Of a stretch of DNA of 16,229 nt, positions 10,628-16,229 are shown piece by piece. The stretch covers positions 1 to 16,229 of the forward strand of contig CAWKBC010000042.1 of NCBI GenBank assembly GCA_963847705.1, given 5' to 3'. The translations under genes were made by a program, and so were the position numbers. The stretch comes from an uncultured Pseudomonadota bacterium. GTDB taxonomy: Bacteria; Myxococcota_A; Polyangia; Fen-1088. Position 1 is the first letter of the stretch; every line of letters starts with the position of its first letter. The notes beneath the pieces were generated by a model. It worked only from the letters and a program-made list of their open reading frames with translations. It was not told the DNA's origin and did no database searches.

Positions 10628-13156
10628 TCAGGTCTTGAGCTCGGGCTCGTCGACGGGCAATCGCGAGGCGGCGGCCGGGGCGGTGGGCGCCGGGGCGCGC
10701 TCGTCGAGCAGGGCCAGCGCCACCGACAGCGCCCGGCGGGTCTTCTCCGCTGTCCGGTCGTCCGAGCGGATACGCTGAAAGGCCCTCACGATCTGGTCCT
10801 CGTAGTCGGCCACCTTCCCCTCGAGCTCGGCGATGCGATCGCGCGACTGCGCCAACCGCACGTCCCGGTTGCCGAGCTCCCCGCGCGCCGCATCGACGTC
10901 CGCCTCCAGCCCGGAGAGGCGCCGGTAGGCCTGCTCGATCTCCTGCACCCGCGCCGCCAGCTCCCCCTCCGCGCGCGCCGCGCGCCCGAGGGCCTGGTCA
11001 TATTCGGAGCGGTGCTTCTCGGTCAGGTCGGTCTTCTCGGTCAGGTGGCGACGCTCGATCTCGGTGACCCGCACGTGGTGGTCCTCGTCGCGCGCGGTCA
11101 ACTCGGTCCGCCGCCGGCTCTCGGCGGCCTCCAGCTCGGAGATCCGGCGCGCCTCCTGCTCGGCGATGTCGCGCTGCCGGCGCTCTTCGGCGGCCAGCGC
11201 CTCCTCTTCGTGGCGGCGGCGCATCCCCAGGATCTCGTTGCGGTGGTCGCGCTCCTTCTGCTCGGCCAGCGCCTCGTACGACTGGCGCTCCGAGGCGAGC
11301 TGGATCGCTTGCTCGTCACGCGCGGCGGCGATCGCCTTCTCGTGCTCCTTGCGGAGCTTGGCCACCTCGTTGGAGAGCCGCTCAGCGGCCTGCGCCTGCT
11401 CCTCGGTGAGGCGCCGCTGCAGCCCCTCGACCTCGCTCCGGTGTGCACCCTCGAGGCGGGCCAGCTCGGCCAGCCGCGCCCCTTCCGCGGAGACTGTGGC
11501 CTGGCCATGCTCGTCGGACAGACGCGCCGTCTCGGCCCGGTGCGCCTCCTCCTGCTCCCCGAGACGGGTCTCCATCTCGCCCCGCAGCCGGTCCGCCTCG
11601 GCGCGCGCGCGCGCCTCGTCCTGCACCGCACGCTTCTTGATCGCGTCGACCTCGTCGTGCGCCTTGCGCAGCTCGACGTGCGCGTCGTCGAGGCGCGCCT
11701 TCAGCCCCTTCTCGCGCTCGGCCGACTTCTCGCGGTCCTGTCCCAGCTCGGCGACCTTCTCGTTGGCGGCGACCAGGCTCCGCTCGAAGCCGATGGTGCT
11801 CTCCTCGAGATCGCGCCGCGCCCGGTCGAGCTCGCGGATCTTGTCCTTGTGGTCGAGCATCTGCCGCTCTTTGGCGTCGAGCGCGTCGCGCAGATCGAGG
11901 ATGTCCTTCTCTTTCTTGTTGATGATCTCGCGCAGGCCGAGGAACTCGCGCTCCTTGGAGAAGGTGGCCGACTGCGTGAACCGCTCACGCGCCTCCTCGA
12001 TCTCCTTGCGCAGCGTCTGCCGCTCGTTCTCCAGCGAGTGAATCCGCGCTTCCAGCTCGGTGTTGCGCGCCTCGGCCTCGCGCAGGCGCCCCTCGTCGAC
12101 GGCGGGCGCACCGAAGCTCTCGGAGATGACCCGCCCGCTCGCCTCGGTCGAGACGTCCTCGAAGGCGATCTCGTCGGGGGCCGGGGGCACGTCGTGCTCG
12201 TTGGTGGGCGCGTCGTGCAGCGCCGAGGCGAGCAACGCGTCGGAGACCAGCGGCTCCGGGCCGAGCGTCTCGCCGGTGCGGTAAACGTCGGGATCGAGAC
12301 CGGTCGCTTCGGGAACAGCTTCCGAGCTGGGGGCCGGCGCAGCCGTCGTCCCGTTTGGCTCGCCGGGCGGCTTCTCCCAGGCCAGGTTCGGCGGCAGATC
12401 ATCGTCGGACCAGAGGTTCCGCAGATCGACCATGTCGCCGCCCGGCGGTGCATTCTCCGGCGAGCCCGCCTCCAGCGCCGCGAAGGCCGCCTGGGTCTCC
12501 GGATCGAACTTCTCCCCCTCGAACGGGGTGTTGGGGATGCTGTCGTCCGGCAGGAGATGCTGCTCGGAGGTGTCGCGCGCGTTGGCGCTCTCCGCCACGA
12601 CGCCGTAGTTGTCGGGGTCGACCGTGAGCGTCTTTTCTTCCCCTTCCCCTTGCTCCTGCCCGTCCTCCTCGTCGGCCTCAGCGCTGCTGACGATGTCGAC
12701 GTCGTCGTCGTCGGCCATCACGATGTCCGAATCCGCGTCCAGTTCGTGCACCTCGTCTTCATCGGCGGCCGGGGCCGAAAGATTCAGCTTCAAGAGGCCA
12801 CCGACCTTGAGCAGGAGATCCTGGCCGTCGAGCGGCTTCAACATGTACTCGTCGGCGCGCGACTTCAGCTTCCGGTGCTGCTCGAAGGTGGCCGGCGTCT
12901 CCTCCGCAGAGATCAGCAGGAGCGGCACCTCGCGCAGGCTGGGGCTGCGCCGGAGCTTGTTGCAGATGGCGTAGCCGACCTTCTTCGGCTCGACGGAGAG
13001 CACGATGACGGCGGGCTTGTGGGAACGGCCCCACTCCATGGCGTCATCGCCGCTCGGGATGTTCTTGACCTGGAAACCGTTCGGCGCGAGCAGCCGACGG
13101 ATCTGGTCCGCGGTGGTGGCGTCGGGTTCGATGCACAGCGCAATTCGGTCGGCCAT
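10628..13156 (-). CDS. frzS: FrzS-like motility/polarity protein: N-terminal pseudo-receiver domain, acidic Pro-rich linker, long coiled coil
   Basis: Receiver fold with Ser at the phospho-Asp position (PAVIVLSVE). FEQHRKLKSRADEYMLKP closely resembles the Myxococcus FrzS receiver as I recall it. More than 450 aa of E/R/A-rich heptads follow. AGGAGG RBS at 13166-13161. It sits downstream of an ECF sigma/anti-sigma pair, as frzS does in M. xanthus. An AglZ-like identity is the alternative. Confidence 0.75.
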   Translation of the reverse strand: MADRIALCIEPDATTADQIRRLLAPNGFQVKNIPSGDDAMEWGRSHKPAVIVLSVEPKKVGYAICNKLRRSPSLREVPLLLISAEETPATFEQHRKLKSRADEYMLKPLDGQDLLLKVGGLLKLNLSAPAADEDEVHELDADSDIVMADDDDVDIVSSAEADEEDGQEQGEGEEKTLTVDPDNYGVVAESANARDTSEQHLLPDDSIPNTPFEGEKFDPETQAAFAALEAGSPENAPPGGDMVDLRNLWSDDDLPPNLAWEKPPGEPNGTTAAPAPSSEAVPEATGLDPDVYRTGETLGPEPLVSDALLASALHDAPTNEHDVPPAPDEIAFEDVSTEASGRVISESFGAPAVDEGRLREAEARNTELEARIHSLENERQTLRKEIEEARERFTQSATFSKEREFLGLREIINKKEKDILDLRDALDAKERQMLDHKDKIRELDRARRDLEESTIGFERSLVAANEKVAELGQDREKSAEREKGLKARLDDAHVELRKAHDEVDAIKKRAVQDEARARAEADRLRGEMETRLGEQEEAHRAETARLSDEHGQATVSAEGARLAELARLEGAHRSEVEGLQRRLTEEQAQAAERLSNEVAKLRKEHEKAIAAARDEQAIQLASERQSYEALAEQKERDHRNEILGMRRRHEEEALAAEERRQRDIAEQEARRISELEAAESRRRTELTARDEDHHVRVTEIERRHLTEKTDLTEKHRSEYDQALGRAARAEGELAARVQEIEQAYRRLSGLEADVDAARGELGNRDVRLAQSRDRIAELEGKVADYEDQIVRAFQRIRSDDRTAEKTRRALSVALALLDERAPAPTAPAAASRLPVDEPELKT

Positions 13157-13222
13157 CTCGCCTCCTCTGAGACGGAGCGCTCAAAGAGCGCCCGACCTCC
13201 GCAAATACGCGAAGGGGCCGTT

Positions 13223-13231
13223 ATGATATCA
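13223..13231 (-). promoter_or_regulatory. Extended -10 promoter candidate for the frzS-like gene
   Basis: Minus strand TG-A-TATCAT in an AT-rich patch of the 126-nt intergenic region. Confidence 0.4.
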
Positions 13232-13282
13232 GAATCGAAGCAAGTTCGGGCGGGCGCTCGGGCGCCTCAGGGCGACGCCCGC

Positions 13283-14041
13283 CTAGCGGCCGAACGAGGT
13301 GGTGACCAGTCGGGTCAGCGCTTCCTCGTCGAGGTCAGCCGTCACGACATAGCCGAGGCCGCGGTCGCGGTAGGTGGCGGTCGAGATGCCGGGACCACTC
13401 CCGAGGTAGATCTCGCGGCCGTTGATCACCCGGCGCTCCGGCCCGTCGAAGGGCTGGTCGCGCGGATCGAAGACCAGCAGCGCCACCCGATGGCCGGTGG
13501 GGCCGCGGTAGAGCAGGTAGGCGGCCGGGCGCTCGCCCACGTTGACCAGGCGCCCTCCCTGACAGGTCGCACCGCCGCCGAGCGCGGGGGCGTGCACCGG
13601 AAAGTCGACCCGACCGCGGAACCAGGAGGCGATCAGCCCGCAGTCCGAGCCGGTGATGTCCATCGGCATCTCGGCCTGGTAGCTGCGCTGCGCCTGCTCG
13701 AGCACCATCGACTGCGACTGGCGGACGGTGCTGGTGATTCCGACGATCAGCAGGAACGCCGCCGCCGCCGGGACCAGGCGCGGATAGGCCAGCCACGGCC
13801 AGCGACGCGGCGCGATCTCCTGCGTCGCCAGCGCTTCCTTGACCCGCAGCTTGAGCGCCAGAGGGACCTCGGGTCGGGGGAGGTGCGCCCGCACCGCCGC
13901 CTTGAATCGTCCCTCGAGGTGGACCTGCCTGGCGCAGCTGGGACAGCTGACCAGATGCCGCTCGACCGCCTCGCGATCGAAACCGGTCAGCTCACGATCG
14001 ACGTAGGCCTGAACCGAGGCGCTGAGATTCGTGCAGCTCAC
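13283..14041 (-). CDS. Zinc-binding anti-sigma factor (zf-HC2/ZAS) with a transmembrane helix and extracytoplasmic domain
   Basis: Cys3 plus HLVSCPSC (H-x3-C-x2-C); hydrophobic segment [15 protein letters not shown]; C-terminal domain with WFRGRVDF...GGRL...[11 protein letters not shown] overlap with the sigma gene. Confidence 0.9.
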   Translation of the reverse strand: MSCTNLSASVQAYVDRELTGFDREAVERHLVSCPSCARQVHLEGRFKAAVRAHLPRPEVPLALKLRVKEALATQEIAPRRWPWLAYPRLVPAAAAFLLIVGITSTVRQSQSMVLEQAQRSYQAEMPMDITGSDCGLIASWFRGRVDFPVHAPALGGGATCQGGRLVNVGERPAAYLLYRGPTGHRVALLVFDPRDQPFDGPERRVINGREIYLGSGPGISTATYRDRGLGYVVTADLDEEALTRLVTTSFGR

Positions 14042-14703
14042 GACGCCCCTCCGCTTCCCTGGCCCTGGTCGCGCCGACGCCGGTAGGCGGCCATGTCGAC
14101 CGGCGCGGAGCCGCCCTCCGCCTCTCCCAGCTTGGCCTGAGGCTGAATGATTCCCTGCTCCACGGCGTAGTCATGCAGGAGGCCCTGCAGGATCTTTCGG
14201 CCGCGAAACAGCCGGCTCATGACCGTCCCGGCGGGGCAGTCCATGATCTCGGCGATCTCCTTGTACGAGAAGTCTTCCAGGTCGGCGAGGATCACCGCCA
14301 TCCGGAAATCGGAGGGGACCGCCGCCAGTGCCTTCTCGACGTCAGCGGAGACCATACGGCCGAGCAGGGCCGTCTCGATGTCGCGCCCATCCGCACCGCC
14401 GCCGCCCACGAACTGCTCGAGGTTGGCCGGCGACGACTCGGCCTCGGTCAGGACGACGTGCTCGCGCTCGCGATCGCGGTAGTTGTTGCAGAAGACGTTG
14501 GTGAGGATCCGGAACAGCCAGGCCTTGCAGTTGGTGCCCGGCTGGAAGGTGTCGAAGAAGCGGTAGGCCCGGAGCAACGCGTCCTGAACCAGATCCTCCG
14601 CATCCTTTTCGTTGCGCGTCATGCGCAACGCGGCCGCGTAAAGCGCGCTCAGATGCGGGAGAGCTTCCCGTTCGAAATCGACTGCCAGAGGTCGCCTTTT
14701 CAT
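14038..14703 (-). CDS. rpoE: ECF RNA polymerase sigma factor, SigR/SigH-like (probable RpoE1 orthologue)
   Basis: Region 2: [32 protein letters not shown]...[14 protein letters not shown]. Region 4: [38 protein letters not shown]. Confidence 0.93.
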   Translation of the reverse strand: MKRRPLAVDFEREALPHLSALYAAALRMTRNEKDAEDLVQDALLRAYRFFDTFQPGTNCKAWLFRILTNVFCNNYRDREREHVVLTEAESSPANLEQFVGGGGADGRDIETALLGRMVSADVEKALAAVPSDFRMAVILADLEDFSYKEIAEIMDCPAGTVMSRLFRGRKILQGLLHDYAVEQGIIQPQAKLGEAEGGSAPVDMAAYRRRRDQGQGSGGAS

Positions 14704-14728
14704 CGGTTTCCGTTCACCCGACTGTGAA

Positions 14729-14754
14729 AACTGCCGTGCGCTCCCGGTTATTCC
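14729..14754 (-). promoter_or_regulatory. Autoregulatory ECF promoter GGAAT-N18-GTT
   Basis: Minus strand GGAAT (14754-14750), exactly 18 nt, GTT (14731-14729), 25 nt upstream of the sigma ATG. This equals the established sigmaR/SigH promoter consensus. Confidence 0.75.
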
Positions 14755-14757
14755 ACG

Positions 14758-15990
14758 CTACTGACATACCGCGTTGATGAACAGCCTGCCGGAGGCACTG
14801 GGTGGGCTGGTGTAGTCTGCGTAGGTCGCGACCAACGCCCCGCCAGCCGTGGCCGGGGACGGCGGCAACGCCGACACGCTGCCGAAGGTCCCGTTGGTTG
14901 AAGGGAAGATCAGGGCCCCCGGCTGGCGGTCCCCCGTGTCGGAGACCCGCCAGAGCTCGACGTCGGCTGGACGAGACAGCAGCACGCCGAAGTCGGTCCC
15001 GAAAGGCGCCAGCCCCACCAGGGGCGGCTGCAGGTCCGCCCCCCCAAACGCGGCGGCGGAGGCGAACGGATACGACACCGAGAGCGTCATCGCCTGCGAG
15101 ACGAACTCGGCCAGCCAGTCCCCCTCGGTGTCCTGCCAGGTGATGCCGTACCCGGTGGCGGTCGGCGACACCAGGGCGCAGGCGGAGCCTGGAGCACGCG
15201 CGAGGCCGAGCACGGTGGTCGAATCGACCGAGCCCGCTTCGTTCGCCTCCGCGATGACCCAACCCGAGGGGTTGTTCGCCAGCGAGGTCGTACCGGCGTA
15301 GTAGATGACGGTCAGATCGTCCTTGCCGGGGGAAAACGCGAGACAGGAGAAAGGAGCCCCCGAAGAGGGCGAGACGGCGACCGGAGTGCCGGTCCTCGCC
15401 GCGGTTCCGTCGAGAGTGGCGACCATCACCTGACTGGACCCGTCCGGCTGACTGGTCCCGTCGTCGACCCAGGCGAGCCCGGCGTTCATCCCCTTGCGCG
15501 ACGAGAGCATCGCCACCGACGAGGCGGCCGGGATGCCTCCTGAAAAGGTGACGACCGTGCTCGGGGGCGCCGCCGGCGGCGATCCGTCGGCGGGGAGCGC
15601 AATGACGGCCAGGCCGCCGTTGCCGCTGGCGGCGTCGGTCCCGAGGTAGCCGACGAGCACCGTGTCACCGGGCGTCTGGACGCCGGCAACGGCGAAGTAG
15701 GCGCTGGAAACGTCCTGCGGCAGCGCATAGGCCTGTTCGCCGGTGAGGACGCCGTCCGCGCTCACCGCCCCCCAGCGGACGCTGGTCCCGTCGGTCCCCA
15801 GCAGGAAGTATCCGCTGCCAACCTGATCGAGCCGCGCATCCTGCAGCAGGGTGAGCGGCGTCCCCGCCAGCGTCACCTGCTCCGTCAGCTGGCAACCGGC
15901 GTCGCCGGCCTCCGCCTGGCAAGCCCCCGCCCCGGCGGCCAGCGCCACGAGCCCGAAGGCGACTACGTCGTGGCGACGTCGCCGTGACAT
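14758..15990 (-). CDS. Putative lipoprotein (410 aa), beta-rich, function unknown
   Basis: ATG 15990 gives [24 protein letters not shown]: a basic n-region, hydrophobic h-region and lipobox-like AGAC. The mature region is rich in G/A/S/T/P with several Cys. The ORF-track start at 16023 lies further inside the upstream gene. Confidence 0.75.
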   Translation of the reverse strand: MSRRRRHDVVAFGLVALAAGAGACQAEAGDAGCQLTEQVTLAGTPLTLLQDARLDQVGSGYFLLGTDGTSVRWGAVSADGVLTGEQAYALPQDVSSAYFAVAGVQTPGDTVLVGYLGTDAASGNGGLAVIALPADGSPPAAPPSTVVTFSGGIPAASSVAMLSSRKGMNAGLAWVDDGTSQPDGSSQVMVATLDGTAARTGTPVAVSPSSGAPFSCLAFSPGKDDLTVIYYAGTTSLANNPSGWVIAEANEAGSVDSTTVLGLARAPGSACALVSPTATGYGITWQDTEGDWLAEFVSQAMTLSVSYPFASAAAFGGADLQPPLVGLAPFGTDFGVLLSRPADVELWRVSDTGDRQPGALIFPSTNGTFGSVSALPPSPATAGGALVATYADYTSPPSASGRLFINAVCQ

Positions 15991-16229
15991 TTTTTGTATT
16001 TTTTTCCGCTTCCGCAGGGGCAAGGATTGTTGCGACCCACCTTGGGCTCGTTGCGCCGGACCGGCTTGGCCTGGGCCTCGGCGCCGTTGCCGCCGCCGTT
16101 GGTCGCGCGGGCCGGGGGCTCGACGCCGCCACCCGACTCGACCGTCTTGCGCGCGCGGGGGGCGGCGGTCATCGGCACGGAGGTGGATGACGGCTTGGAC
16201 GAGGGAGCCGCACCCGCCGGCGCGGCGGG
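15963..16229 (-). CDS. secA: C-terminus of a SEC-C zinc-motif protein, probably preprotein translocase SecA (5' part outside the window)
   Basis: The frame is open from the right edge: a P/A/G/S-rich linker, then [29 protein letters not shown] and TAG at 15965-15963. Only the tail is visible, so another SEC-C protein cannot be excluded. Confidence 0.7.
   Translation of the reverse strand, partial: PAAPAGAAPSSKPSSTSVPMTAAPRARKTVESGGGVEPPARATNGGGNGAEAQAKPVRRNEPKVGRNNPCPCGSGKKYKKCHGDVATT

Noticed and set aside
10700-12090. Repetitive-looking DNA as a tandem repeat or CRISPR array
   Set aside because: It is explained by E/R/A-rich coiled-coil codons. There are no fixed-length repeats with spacers.
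13242-13247. GAACTT as a sigmaE-type -35 upstream of the frzS-like gene
   Set aside because: There is no convincing -10 element at the expected spacing, and it does not match the GGAAT-N18-GTT motif of the local sigma factor.
10589-14086. 1165-aa plus-strand ORF
   Set aside because: It is the antisense shadow of the frzS-like and anti-sigma genes.

Overview
A high-GC chromosomal window, most likely from a myxobacterium (Myxococcota; inferred from the rpoE1/anti-sigma/frzS-like block and the protein style). Nearly all genes are on the minus strand. Left half: a two-gene BCR/HAD-type operon made of a double-activase (BadF/BadG/BcrA/BcrD ATPase) plus DUF2229 protein, broken by a 1-nt frameshift near 4115, and a 2-hydroxyacyl-CoA dehydratase-like partner that runs off the left edge. 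This architecture matches the oxygen-independent plasmalogen/ether-lipid synthase PlsA-PlsR (Ger). Its sigma70-like promoter is overlapped and followed by three related operator-like repeats. Two small hypothetical genes, a TetR regulator and a TPR protein lie just upstream. Middle: three phospholipid head-group enzymes (a PssA-like and an extended PgsA-like CDP-alcohol phosphotransferase, and a two-HKD phospholipase D/cardiolipin synthase). Right half: an FrzS-like pseudo-receiver/coiled-coil protein, a zinc-binding membrane anti-sigma factor, a SigR/SigH-like ECF sigma factor preceded by an exact GGAAT-N18-GTT motif, a lipoprotein, and the 3' end of a probable secA. I found no RNA genes, CRISPR arrays or mobile elements. 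The most interesting signal is a possible TetR-controlled, oxygen-independent ether-lipid/membrane-remodelling locus in a myxobacterium. All family assignments come from motif recognition by eye, not database searches.
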